A DNA stretch of 63,625 nt, counting the filler, from Rhabdomonas costata (Eukaryota): the NCBI GenBank assembly GCA_019059605.1. It is 15 parts of 15 records of this genome, joined end to end, with 100 filler letters (N's around TTAATTAATTAA, not from the genome) between each part and the next. Parts side by side here need not be neighbours in the genome. Positions count along the whole stretch, not along the records: positions 1 to 4,145 come from JAHMHO010000334.1; positions 4,246 to 8,396 come from JAHMHO010000335.1; positions 8,497 to 12,662 come from JAHMHO010000336.1; 12 more parts are not named here. One strand, written 5' to 3'. Position numbers and translations under genes: made by a program. This document shows positions 1 through 11,730 of this stretch, piece by piece. Every line of letters starts with the position of its first letter. Position 1 is the stretch's first letter. The notes beneath the pieces were generated by a model that was given only the letters and a program-made list of their open reading frames with translations, searched no databases and was not told the origin of the DNA.

Positions 1-1132
1 GTTGGGTGTGCAGTTCCTGAGGTTCGACAATAAGTGAGCGAATGGCAGGGGTTAAGTGCGAACCTCACCGTGTACCGTGTTTCACAGGGGCAAGTGTGTG
101 GTTGTGGTGTTTGATCCTGGGGCCACCTTGAATGAAGGAGGCAGGGGATGTGGTGTCCTACCAATCATGCCACTAGTCATGCCGGAAGCACCTTTGCTCG
201 GAAACTTGGAAGGCGCACGGGAAGACATGTGTATGTGTGTGGAGCGTTTTGTGAGTCTTATGAAGTGCTTTTGTGCCTGAATGGCACCAGCAGTGGTTCT
301 TAAGAATTATCAGAAAGCACTTGTGTGTGTATGTGTGTCTGTTCGATAGCAATGGGTGCGGTCTGTGCGAACGTCGGGGGACAGCCATTCCACCGCTGGA
401 AGAGAAGTGCACGTTTGGTGTACGCCCTCTCTCTCTCCCCTCCCCCACCCCCGCCCTCATTCCTGCGTGCTGTATGATCTGTGCGCTTCATTCTGTGCTT
501 GGTTTTGAGTGGTTGGTGTGTCCCTTTTGTATCATCAGCGCCCCCCACACCGGACGAACCCAGCCCAGCAACCTTTGGTCGGGCTCACCCCCCAATGGGA
601 GGGAGGGCGGTACAGCCTCACCCACTCCCTGTGGTTGTTGTTGTCGTTGTTGTCGATTTTTGTTTTTCTATTTGTGTGCGAGGAAATTTGGCTTGCATTT
701 GGGTTGCATTTGGCTTCGCTTGGGAAGAGTGGATTCTGGTGGGAGCGGGGCGTCAATTGCCAGGTATGTTCTGTGTCACGCGCAAAAGGAGAGGCGAAAA
801 AATACAGCTAAGGTCAAGAGGTTGGGTATACCCAGGAAAAATTAACGGTGTTGACATGATGCATAGGCGAGATTTTTACCATCCCTAAACCCCTAACGCT
901 TCTGAACCTTTCGCTTTTAAGACACGGGCAGTATTTTAGTTTCATTGAATTCAGGGGTGAGTAACTGTGTGCTTCTCAGGCTGCTAATTGCGACTTTTCT
1001 GAGTCATACCGAGGAACGCAAGCATCACTAAGCACTTCCCAGACCTGACCATACACCGCCTAAGCGTGGTACCCGATTGGAGGGAATTCTTTTCACTTTT
1101 TGGTTCATTTGAGGTGAGAGAATGTCCCACGC

Positions 1133-3421
1133 ATGAAAGCTTGTGCTGGATTCTTTGCATTTTCATCCAGTTTTACTGAAGTTGGACCAATTTCGCTTCT
1201 CAGATCATTTTCTATTTTTCACGGGATGTGGAGCTTTTTTGCGGACGATGACTTTACGCTGAAGTCCGCCTTCGCTGCACGCAAAGTTTTGTGCAGCCTC
1301 CCACATGGAACTGACGGCAGGCCGCCGTCAGAGCTCTCCTGCCTGAGCTTGTACCAGCGCAGGGCGTTTTACTTTTGGTGGTCCAACCGTCCAGTGTGTT
1401 CCTTTTGTGGTTACAAGACTGACCGTTGGCTGTCCTCTCCATCTTCCCTGTACATATGTGGCGTCTGCCACACCACAGTGGAGGCGGTTGATCTTCACGA
1501 AGGCGAAGACTTTCGCGAACTCGAGAACAATCCCGACGAGACAGCCATCCATCACTCCGAAATGCCTATCATTGGCACCCGCTTCCAATTTAACCCGTCC
1601 CAGCAACAGCTCGCTCTTGTGGCCAACCAAGCTGTGTCGATCTTCCAGTGTTTGGACAGTGTCGTTCCCTGCCGAATTCACGCCGACGCCTGGAGAGCAA
1701 CCATGGTGTTACTACAGATCGTAGGACTTCATACTACAGGCCCGCGGTTTTCTGTCGACCTCGGGAGCAAGGTGGAGGATGTAACTATCGTCGACGTGGA
1801 TCTTCTGTCATGCATTTTCATCGCCGTGTGCGCGCTGGACAGAGACACTCAGTGCTGGAGCAAGCTTCTTGAGATTTGCCCTGAGCTGTCGTGGCGGCGT
1901 ACACAGACCCTCAGCGAGGCTGCTCTTGGCGACCTGATACCCCCTCCGAACTGGCCCACCCTTCTCACCAATTTGCCCCGCGTCCTGGAGGCCCTGGAGG
2001 AGCTTGATGCGCTGCATGGCCTTGTCTCACGCACCGACATTGTCTCTGCTTGGAATATTTTTGTGTCGCCAGACAGGAGTCACCTTGTTTCAAGCTCTTC
2101 CTCGGTTGATTATGCACTGCACCGCTTAATGCGTGGCTCCGGTCCAGGTCCCCAGCTCTCCGACGAGCACCAGTGCAGCCATTCTTATGCCAGGTTCCGA
2201 AGGTGTCCGGAAATGGCTGAGATGGCCACAATCAGTTCTATTGCAACATTTTTGTCGGAGTGCTGGAAACTGAAAGTTTACAATGACGAATGCAGGAAGC
2301 TTTCTCCAGTCGGGCCGAAGGCCAGCATTAATCGCAAAAAACTGCTGCAAGTTCTGACCGAAGCCAAGAAGTACGTTCCATTTTGCGAAGCTCCCGAAGA
2401 CACCTTGAAACCTTTTATGGAGTTTTCAGACAGCGATGTCTCGGATGGAAAAGTGATGTACCGTTATTCTGTCGAGAGACGACACGCCATGCTTCAAGTT
2501 TATGTCCGTGTTCGTTTGGCACGTCAGCTGAGCCGGCTCGCTCGTTTCACATATGGTGCGGTTCTATTTGAAGACGAGCTCATTCGGCGGGTGCTGAGTC
2601 AAGAGTCACCTCTATTTAATGAAGTGCACGCAATGAGAACTCTGCTGCAATGCGAAGCTCCCACAGTGATAAAGGACCCCACAGCCGTTTTCGGTGTTTT
2701 GAGCTACTCCAGAGAAATAAAAATGGGTGTCCGAAAAGCCGTTCAACAGGAAAGATTGCCTGAGGCTGTGCAAGCTTTGAAACAATCCAGAAACCTCCTC
2801 ACAGTGGGCGTGCTGCGACAGCTTGTTCCAGACCCAGGGATGCTGCACCTTCTTTCGGACTGCGAGCTACGGTTTCAAATGGAGCTCTGGGACCGTCTGC
2901 TCCTTCTTTTGCTTCCCGAGCGACCCTTTATTGGGGACCGGTTAAATTTCTTCCCCCGCGAGCAGATGATCTACTCGCTTGGGCTTCAGCTTGGTGCAGT
3001 TCAAGAAAACCCCCAGTGGCTTGGGATACAGTGGAACAATGACGTGCTCCGCCTGCACGCCGCTTACTTAACCCAGCATGCCGGTGAGGTTACCTCTCGG
3101 GTTGGAGTGCAAGGTTCAGATGTGCCTGCGCTGCTTTCGAAGTCCCTGCTTCTTCAGCATGGAGCGAGTCTTTATTCTCGTGCACACCTGCTCCTGCGGC
3201 GTCTTTATCCAAGCCGATATCGCGCGCTGGAAAACGAGGCGTTGCAGGTGAAGCTTGATGTGCAGACATTTAGCGAAACAGACACAGAGAACTTGGCAAA
3301 GTTCTGCAAGGCTTCCAAAGAGATATGTGAGGGTTGTGTTGGTGAAATGGCAGACGTCGACATCGAAATCCGTGGCAACATTGCTGTTGAGAAGCCCCCC
3401 AAGAGGAGGCGCAAAGAATGA
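1133..3421 (+). CDS. Intronless 762-aa protein with a zinc ribbon, possibly TFIIB-related; C-terminal NLS-like motif
   Basis: Long ORF with CSFC...CGVC, followed by EGEDFRELENN (B-reader-like) and LLSCIFIAVC (resembles the TFIIB cyclin-fold AACLYIAC). Ends PPKRRRKE. The true start may be ATG 1226 if 1113-1170 (GTGAGA...CATCCAG) is an intron. Confidence 0.7.
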   Translation: MKACAGFFAFSSSFTEVGPISLLRSFSIFHGMWSFFADDDFTLKSAFAARKVLCSLPHGTDGRPPSELSCLSLYQRRAFYFWWSNRPVCSFCGYKTDRWLSSPSSLYICGVCHTTVEAVDLHEGEDFRELENNPDETAIHHSEMPIIGTRFQFNPSQQQLALVANQAVSIFQCLDSVVPCRIHADAWRATMVLLQIVGLHTTGPRFSVDLGSKVEDVTIVDVDLLSCIFIAVCALDRDTQCWSKLLEICPELSWRRTQTLSEAALGDLIPPPNWPTLLTNLPRVLEALEELDALHGLVSRTDIVSAWNIFVSPDRSHLVSSSSSVDYALHRLMRGSGPGPQLSDEHQCSHSYARFRRCPEMAEMATISSIATFLSECWKLKVYNDECRKLSPVGPKASINRKKLLQVLTEAKKYVPFCEAPEDTLKPFMEFSDSDVSDGKVMYRYSVERRHAMLQVYVRVRLARQLSRLARFTYGAVLFEDELIRRVLSQESPLFNEVHAMRTLLQCEAPTVIKDPTAVFGVLSYSREIKMGVRKAVQQERLPEAVQALKQSRNLLTVGVLRQLVPDPGMLHLLSDCELRFQMELWDRLLLLLLPERPFIGDRLNFFPREQMIYSLGLQLGAVQENPQWLGIQWNNDVLRLHAAYLTQHAGEVTSRVGVQGSDVPALLSKSLLLQHGASLYSRAHLLLRRLYPSRYRALENEALQVKLDVQTFSETDTENLAKFCKASKEICEGCVGEMADVDIEIRGNIAVEKPPKRRRKE

Positions 3422-4145
3422 GAACTCCTTGTCGCCCATCAATGTTGTGGGCCCACTGCATCTTTTCGTTGTTTTTCATTCCGAAGCATGACGTTTTTTC
3501 TGCGGAATGATGTATCTGGTTGGAATATCCTAATCGCGGGTTAACAGATTTACAAGAGATCCATGGTGGTTGCTTCCATTTGCGCTGTGGATACGTTAAT
3601 TGATTTCGCAAGCGTGCTGCGGGAACGCAGCGCTAGGCCCATGGAGTCCTAGGGATAGCCCTGGATTCCCGAAAAGTCGAATGGGGGCCCATTGGCTCAA
3701 GACAACAAACTGGGTGACCTTCAGATCGGTTGATTTTGGAAATGTGCGTTGTGTGTGTTCCCTAAAACTGCTCGATGGGATTTGAGAAATTGGCAACGCT
3801 CCCCGCCACACGATACTCCCGATCCTGTGATATACCTCAAGCCGATCGGATACCGTCCCAGAACCATTTGCACTCCATCTCAACGGCCACATGGCCCTTG
3901 TAGTCCACACAAAATATCAAGGCCTGGTCACACCCCAAATATCACCCACTATATTGATGAATATCGGCAGATGCATCGGACCAGTGGTCTTTCCAATGCA
4001 TCACTATTGTCTTGTTTGCAATCTGGCCCAGTCATTATCAAGTTAAGTATGTTAAGCTGCATCTATACCCCTTTCTGTCATCCTGTCCTAACCCTCCAAA
4101 AGTATCTGATCTTGTCTGAAACACCACTATTCAATGCCCAAAGTA

Positions 4146-4245
4146 NNNNNNNNNNNNNNNNNNNNNNNNNNNNNNNNNNNNNNNNNNNNTTAATTAATTA
4201 ANNNNNNNNNNNNNNNNNNNNNNNNNNNNNNNNNNNNNNNNNNNN
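4146..4245. other. Artificial contig linker (first of 14)
   Basis: N44-TTAATTAATTAA-N44 (stops in all six frames). The same linker occurs at 8397, 12663, 16911, 21169, 25415, 29654, 33899, 38141, 42421, 46662, 50881, 55104 and 59329, separating contigs of about 4.12-4.20 kb. Confidence 0.98.
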
Positions 4246-4438
4246 GGTGTGGGGGGTGTAATGATGTCCCTGTGGGACTGTTCAAGGTAGGTTCGGGAGT
4301 CCTACTCTGCAGCCCATTCTAACTGAATGGGCGTGTGTGATGTGAGTTATCGGAGGCTCCATCCCGTAACGAAGGGGGCATATCCTATGTTTGTTTACAC
4401 GAACGCTCCACCGCTCTTCCTGTCCCCATCGGCCGCAG

Positions 4439-7404
4439 AGTTGCCCTCGCCGTGTGGGATCTGCAATGGAGTATGCGACCTCGTCTCCGGGAACTGCACA
4501 TGTTCGCCCGACTGGACCGGCCCGAACTGCACCGAGCATAGTTACTGGTGCACCAGTGGCCGCACCCGCGTGTTGACCGAGAGCTCAGGAATTCTCCAGG
4601 TACCGTTTGTCGTGCGCACGGGCCACAAGATTGTAGGAATTTCTAGCTTCCTTGAAACCCGGACCGCTTGCCACTTTTTTTCAGCATTTTCTTGCCGCCA
4701 GGGAATGGGGGTGGGGGGTGCGCTCCTCGTACATTGCCACCCCCATCGTCCTCGGTTACGGTGGCGCAAGGTTTTATAAAAGTTTCTCTTCGAATCTGCT
4801 GAAAAACCTTCGCTCCCCATAAAATGGCAGTGAACCAATGCACCCGCCCCCTCTCTTGTGAAGAAGATTGAGCTGGTGTGCATCTATTTCGTTCGAAGGA
4901 GAACTGTTTGACACTTTTGGGCATATTTCTCCTTTTTCCTTTTTCCTTTCAGGTTACTGGCAGTGAACTTTACTCGAGCAACATGCAGTGCAGCTGGCTG
5001 ATAATCGGGCCCGCAGGCTCTTTGGTCACGCTCGTCTTCGGCGCCTTCTCCTCGCAGTACAACTCTGACAGGGCCACCGTGTACAACACCGCCACCCCGA
5101 ATCCCGATGCAACCCTCGCGACCTACACCGGGAACTACCCGGCGGGGATTACGGTGAGCTCCACCAGCGGCACCCTGCTGCTTATGTTCACCTCGGATGG
5201 CTCTGTGGTCAGCAGCGGATTCACGGCTCATTGGAGCATCGCAGGTACTTTTTTCTTGCGTTGACAAGATACAATCTCAACCCTGCGCAGGAGATAGGTC
5301 ACTTGTTGGACGTCGTTTGTTAAGCTGGAGTAATGATTCCACCTTCTTATAAGCCCGCCCTCGGTCTTTGTTGCTCGTGCGCCGTGCATTTACGTTCTTT
5401 TATTCGTTTGATGCTATGTCCAGTCTTTTCTTCGCAGGCACAGTGACTTGTGACAGCTTTACGTTGACCTGCCCTCCAGGGACTCACCCCGTGAGCAACA
5501 CTACTCGATGCCCGTCAGTGCCTTGCACTCAAGTCGACTGTTGCAGCCATGGTATGGTATTCGAATTGCATTTTCGGTGTGAGAGTGCCCTTGTGCGCAA
5601 GCGAGGGGTGGGGAGTCGGCGTAGGCGCATTTGTTTTTTCCGTACGGTCCGTGATGCCGTCTCGCGGCTCAGCTGCTTGAACAGGGTATGCATTTGGGGG
5701 ACTGTCTTGACAATCTGCACGGTTACTTCTTCAGCAGTGGCTTGACTGGCGAAGGAGGGTCAGGGTGCAGGTTGAGCAGACAGAAGTCGGGACTGCGTTC
5801 AGGTCGAGGAAGTTTCCGGTCGGGTTTTCCGCGGCGCTGAGCAAATGGTTCTTTTTCGTCTGAGGTGAATTGGTTTGGAGCAGCATGCGGCACTTTCATG
5901 TAGTCTGCAATTCGTGTAGTCCTCAGAGAGCCCGGGCACGTGCTGCTCTTTGGAAGGAGATTTTTACTAAATTACCGTTTCACTGCATACAAACATTCAA
6001 TGCCTTGTTCTGCTGAGCGTCCCAACCAGCGCACGATCCCTCGTCGCAGGGTCCCGTAGTGCTGTGCCCATTCTTGTTAGCCCGGAGTGGTTGCCCTTCC
6101 CTCCTCCCTTCTGAGAAGCCAGTACCCTTTCTGGTATAGAAAGCGAACAGTATCCCTAATAATAATAGCCCTGGGTCACATTGCAGCTTACCCCCTTCAA
6201 CTATTTTGCAGGGCAGGGATCCTATATTGGCCTGAGGTACTTTCCCGTTTTTTCGTGGGACATTTTTGCTTGGCTTTTAGTGTATATCTCGTTAGCCACG
6301 AGCCATTCTGCAACCTCGGCCGTTGGTTGCTGCCCTCTTCTGTCCTGTGGTTGCAGGGGGAACCGTCTTCTTTTGTTCTCTTCTTTTTGGCTCTCTCAGC
6401 CTCCGCCCCAGCGTACAACTGCAGCGCCCCAGCCCTTCCGGCCAACGTCAGCAGCCTGTGGTGCGCCTGGAGCTCAGCAGCCAACCTTAGCTACTGTACC
6501 TTTGACTGCGCCCTGGGATTCACTGGTGGAGGTGTTCTAAACTGCACGTCCAGCGGGAATTGGAGCCAGAGTGGCTCCTGCCAAGGCATACGTGTGTGTT
6601 TGCGCGCTAGGGTGGTGTGCTTCGGTTCTATATCCCAGGGTCCTTGAGCCGTCGGATGCAATTTTTCTCGGGTATAGAGACTATTCTAGCTCTTGTACAA
6701 AACATTGTGGATGCCGTCGATAAACTTTCGGAGCTGAGCAGTGCAAGGGGGGGGAGTTTATTTCCCGGGTACCGGCCTGCGGGTGCGAGGACTACGAAGC
6801 GCTGTGGAAGGCCAGGGGCGTGCTTTGGTTTTGCCCTCATACATTTATCGTGCTTTTTAATCAATCAATTCAATCACTGGTTGTGGTGTTGCCAGCGTGC
6901 TGCAGCCTTCGAATATTCGCTCGGGCAAGGTATTGTTCGCGGCCTGTAAGAAACGGTCCGTGCCTGTGCGTGTGTGGGTTGGTGGTCGCGATGGTGTGAA
7001 GGATAGCCTAAGCTTTGCACGATGGATCCACGATGGATTCAGACATTTTTGTTTGGATTTTTCCTGCTTCACTAGCACAGACTTGTCATATATTTATGCC
7101 CATCCGTGGCCCAGATGAGCCCGAGACATACAGATACATAAAGAGTATGATTGTCACCGCTCGCTGCAGTTTTGTATTCCTTCCCGAAGATCTTCCTCTG
7201 CCCCTGCCCATATGTCGGTTCGCTCAGCTGTCATCTGCCTTCCTCCCGGCCTTCCTTCGAACGCCGACACTCTGAGCTGCAACTCGGGGATGGCGCACGG
7301 GCAGAGCTGCACGTTTGGGTGCTCCCCTGGGTTCATGGGCGGGGGCTCGCTGAGCTGCTCCTCCGGGAGAACGTGGACTCAGAACGGCAGTTGCGTCGTG
7401 GCAA
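4439..7404 (+). CDS. Partial multi-exon extracellular mosaic protein: EGF - CUB - 6-Cys module - sushi/CCP - sushi/CCP
   Basis: Phase-consistent exons 4439-4599 (CNGVCDLVSGNCTCSPDWTGPNC), 4953-5244 (YSSNMQCSWLI...FTSDGSVVSSGF, CUB), 5438-5551 (6-Cys), 6400-6585 and 7228-~7404 (C..CxFxCxxGFxGxGxLxC..W..C, sushi). Acceptors are pyrimidine-rich AG sites. Confidence 0.85.
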
Positions 7405-9129
7405 GTATACCCCCTTCTCCCAGTCCCCAGTGCACCCGTAAAATACGCTTAGCTGTGGTCTCTCTCTATAGGTGAGAGTCGGTCGTTCGGGGACCTTCCT
7501 GTGCGCGATGTACTGTTTGACAACCCAGTTTGCAGAGCACACTGTGACCTTTTGTTCCTGGGCTGGCAAGGATAGTTACGCCCCAAAACTCAGAAGAACG
7601 TATGTGACGTATTTCAACCTGGAGTTTTGACAGACCCTATATATTTGGTATCGTCTTCAGCAGTTATATGGTCCGGCGACTCCCCCTGCCATCTTGGCTC
7701 GTACCTCTATCAGAGAAATATTTCGATTTTTGCACCCAGCGGGAATGCTTCCACATCACGCCTGCGGGTTGTGTGGATTTTGGTCGTTACATGGGTAGGT
7801 TTTCTGCTTTGGAAGCACAAAACAGCCGCAATCGATTGCCGCTCAAAACAATGACGCGGAGGAACTCATTGCGGTCCAAAGGTATGAGCTGGTTCGAGCC
7901 GGAGAATACTCGTCGAAGTGCGATTCCTTAAGGACGCGAATAAAAAAACAATGCAATAGATTACACGTGGGGGCAGAGGCTGAGAGGAGAAAATGCAAAG
8001 TGTCACAGGGTGTGGGAGGGGAACCGGATTCCTTGGTAGAGGTAGGGAGAATGGGCACTGCGGCAAAAAGAGATGCCACATCGAATCAGCGCAAAGAGGG
8101 CAAACGGGCATTGATTTTTTAAAGGGTGTAAGGAAATGAGCGCGTTCAGGGAGGGAAAGAAGGGAAAAGGAATGTGGTCGGGGCGATGGATGAAGATGAA
8201 GGAAATGGGGGACGCACGGCTTTTGTCGGGAACGGCAGAGCGCAGCAGCAGACAGGAAGGCAAGGCAGCAAACGCCGGTTTGTTAGGACTGCTGATGTGT
8301 ACGGAGGCCGGCAGGTAGCGGAAAAAGCAACGACGGAAAAGGAAAGGCAGGCTGACGAAGGATGGACTAACATTAAACAAATGGGAACAAAACCCCNNNN
8401 NNNNNNNNNNNNNNNNNNNNNNNNNNNNNNNNNNNNNNNNTTAATTAATTAANNNNNNNNNNNNNNNNNNNNNNNNNNNNNNNNNNNNNNNNNNNNTTTT
8501 GTTCCTCGATTACAGGGCCCCTGAACCACTGTTGCGATTTGCTTTGGAGAGCATGTACAAAAACAAGATTTTGCGGAAGAAAAACACAAACTAACGGGAA
8601 AAGATGGCACTAATGTTTGTGGTACGAAGCCTACACCGCCACTCCGGACTCCACCACTTTGTAAGCCAGACCAGATGGCGGTTGATGAGGGCTGAACATG
8701 CCATAGTACTACATTGTGTTGTTTATATTTGTACCTAGAACACGCTAATTAATAATTTGAAAATTCTTGTTGTTGTTATTGACCGGGTTCCTGCGTGCAT
8801 TTGGATTCAATAAAATTGTCTCATGGGAATAACTATAGAGAGAATAGGGCACAACTCTGCCCAAGAACACTTTATAGCGCGCCGTAAATTTGCGTCAATC
8901 GTGCAAGTTGAGCCGCATGCACATAAATGGATACATATGCAATAAACCGTATGATAAGGGAACGTTTTCGCCATCACGAATGATTACACTGAGAAACTGG
9001 TGCTCGCTAGTGGAGTTTCACTCGCTTTACAGCATGTTTTGAGGTAAGTTTTGATGTGGGGTTGATAAATGGTACACAGAATTGGAAGTAAAGGCACGGG
9101 ACATGCACACATTTGTGACAATTGCACCG

Positions 9130-10370
9130 CCAGCAAAACACCGCCAGAACTGCAGTGGCCAAAACGCAGACCGCTACCACGATCTAAACGTTAACCTTGA
9201 CCACCATCTCAACTCCAACCACAATACTCACCCTGACATCGACCACTACCAAGTCCTCGACCTTTGTATCATCATCTTCTCATCACCCTTACAACCTCAA
9301 TGCATTTTACACCTTAGTGGATGTAAGATACCACATGGTCGTCTTACATGATCTTCCTCTCTATTTTTCATCTTTTTGCATTTTTGTTTTTTGGATTCCT
9401 TTTTTACACGTTTTATCTTTTTCTTCTTCACACAATCACACACACTATCCTATTATACGGATAAGTGCATACAGAGCTTTGATTTTTTGGTGTTTTTCTC
9501 CTGTAATTTTTTTTATAGAATTTAATACAACCACATCTTTCATTTTAACAGGATTTTATGCGTGTTTTTACATTTTTGTGCATTTATTGAGTTCAGGATG
9601 AGGTAGGGATATCAGTGGGTATCAAATTTGCGTAAAAGTGGTGATTTCGGTCTCGGAGATGCACGTATGTTGTGTGAAGGCGTCTTGTTCCAGGCGGTAT
9701 CACTTCAGTATGGAAGTGTATAATTAGGTATCATATTTTGTCTTTGCGGGTTTTTTGACCATGGGGGATGTTTTTTGCGTCGGTGTTTTGTTTTTTGTTT
9801 TTGTGATTCCTGGTTCTGGAATTTGTGTGTGGGCGTCATGGTAGTGAGGGCTTATGGTGTTAGATGGTTCCCTGCATGGTTTCTGCTTGGGTTTGTGGGT
9901 TCGTTTCGTGGATATTGGATGTGATGTCTTGAATATTGGCTGTCTCGGACAATGTTGGTGTTTGGGGGTTTTGTTTCGCGTAAGTGTTTGTGGTTCGATG
10001 GTCATGGTCATGGTCAGGGTCAGGTTTTGGTGTGGAGGTGTCCGGTTCCGGTGTTGCTAGGCTTTCATGCGTGTGGGAATGTGTGATGGCGTGTGCGTAG
10101 GGTGCTTTGGTATGGAGTTAATGGTTTGGGTCTTTAATTTGTGTGCGGATGCGCGTGCTTTATTGTAGTTAGGGTTTAGGTATAGGCGCACATATAGCTA
10201 TAGGTGTTGGGTAGTGTGTTGGAGTAGAGTCGGAATCAGGGGGTAGAATCATGGTGTGAGTTTGCGGTCAGGATCTGGATGATGAGTGAGGGTTCGGAGG
10301 TTGGGGTGTGGGAGGTGATTGTTAGATGTTTGATGTTGGATGTTGTGGTCACGGTCATGGTTTGGTTTTA
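9130..10370. repeat. Strand-biased low-complexity tract of degenerate short repeats
   Basis: An A/C-rich stretch followed by T-rich and G/T-rich stretches with hexamer-like units (ggtcat ggtcat ggtcag; gttagggtttagg). No credible ORF. Confidence 0.6.
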
Positions 10371-10593
10371 ATTGATTGCCTGATTGCCTTTGGTATTCAT
10401 TGATCGCCGCATATGTCTGAAGCGAGTTGCCGCGGCGGGACAGGTCTGCCCTGCCCGATAAGGCCAGTGTCCAGTCCTGGAGCTCGAGATCACTGAAAAT
10501 ATCTTGCTGCGCTGCATCGAGCGAGGAGCGATCCTGAATCGCAAGATATGTACTTTCCCATGCCTGCCTCGGTCCTCTTTCTTGCTGCACACA

Positions 10594-11030
10594 GGTCGAG
10601 GTCGGGGAGGGTCTCCATCTTGTTGCGTCCGCTGACCCAGAGTACCGGCTGCTTCCTGGTGGCGCACCTGTGGACATTGCAGTTCTGATTGTCCAGGGGT
10701 CTCGGGCTGAGCTTGCTGAGCTTCTTCTTCTTCTTTTTTCATGTTCCGCTCTTCCGAGTCCTTGATTTCTCGACTGCAGCGATTCCTCATGTGCGGGCCA
10801 CAATCTATTTTCGTGCTGCGCAGGTCGAGGTTGGGGTGGGTCTCCATCTTGCTGCGTGCGCTGACCCGAAGGACCTTCTACCTGGTGGTGTGGTGGCAGG
10901 AACTGGAATCCTGCTCGAGGCGCTTCGCGACGGCATACTCTCTCCACGGATTGTCCAGGGGTCTCGGGCTGAGCTTGCTGAGCTTCTCCTTTTCTACCTG
11001 TTCCGCTTCTTCCAGTCCTTGATTTCTGGC
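10594..11030. repeat. Imperfect tandem duplication (about 230-260 bp period)
   Basis: gtccaggggtctcgggctgagcttgctgagcttct at about 10691 and 10953; ggtcgaggt..gggtctccatcttg.tgcgt.cgctgaccc at about 10594 and 10823. Confidence 0.85.
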
Positions 11031-11490
11031 GTTTCGACCCTGGCGCAAATGGTATCCTTCTGAAAAAGCGAACAGCACGGGAGCCAGTGCAGGGTGCTGT
11101 GAAGGCAGAGATCTTTCAGGGGTGGCGACATCTATAGAAGGGAAGGTCACACCTTCCCCAATTCCCCAGAGCAAAACAGCACTAGAAAAGAAATGGGCCA
11201 CCACTGCCCACCGCTTCGCATCGCCGTTCCGGAGGACGGGAAGAGGGAGCAAGGAGCTGAAAAGGAATTGGAGAGGGAGGGTGTAAGTACTAGAAATTTT
11301 TCTCAAGAAACAGCACCAGGTCTTTTTAGTTCTCGGCGTCCAGCACACATTCTTCACCATTCTCGTTCTCTGCTTTTTTATGCGAAACCGTCTCGGGGAC
11401 CGCATCAGAGGAGATGCACTTGAGAATGCACGGAATCTGAACGACTGTCCTGCATATTTCAGCGCGCGTGCGCATCACCTCCCTTGGCCC

Positions 11491-11730
11491 TTTCAGGGCC
11501 ATTTTGGGGTATTTTTGAGCCCTTTTTGCCTGCACACAGGCTCGCAAGGGCCCTTTTTGGCCCTTTGCAGGCCTGTGTACTGAACCTAAGCTTTCGGCCG
11601 GGTCAGCTTGGTATCCCGAAGGGCAGAGCCCAGGAGTACTTCATGCTGGCACCGGAGTGGGCCGGAATGCTTCGGTTAAGAGCCACGCTAGAAGCCATTT
11701 CAGGGCCATTTTGGGGTATTTTTGAGCCCT
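11491..11730. repeat. 33-bp perfect direct repeat
   Basis: tttcagggccattttggggtatttttgagccct at 11491-11523 and 11698-11730. Confidence 0.9.

Noticed and set aside
883-897. Telomere-like CCCTAAA/CCCTAA
   Set aside because: Only two imperfect, internal units.
993-1004. ACTTTTCTGAGT resembling the euglenid spliced leader
   Set aside because: The match is about 11 nt and lacks the rest of the leader and the donor site.
3900-3914. Minus-strand FCVDY (LTR reverse-transcriptase-like motif)
   Set aside because: The flanking residues do not fit RT and no YxDD is visible.
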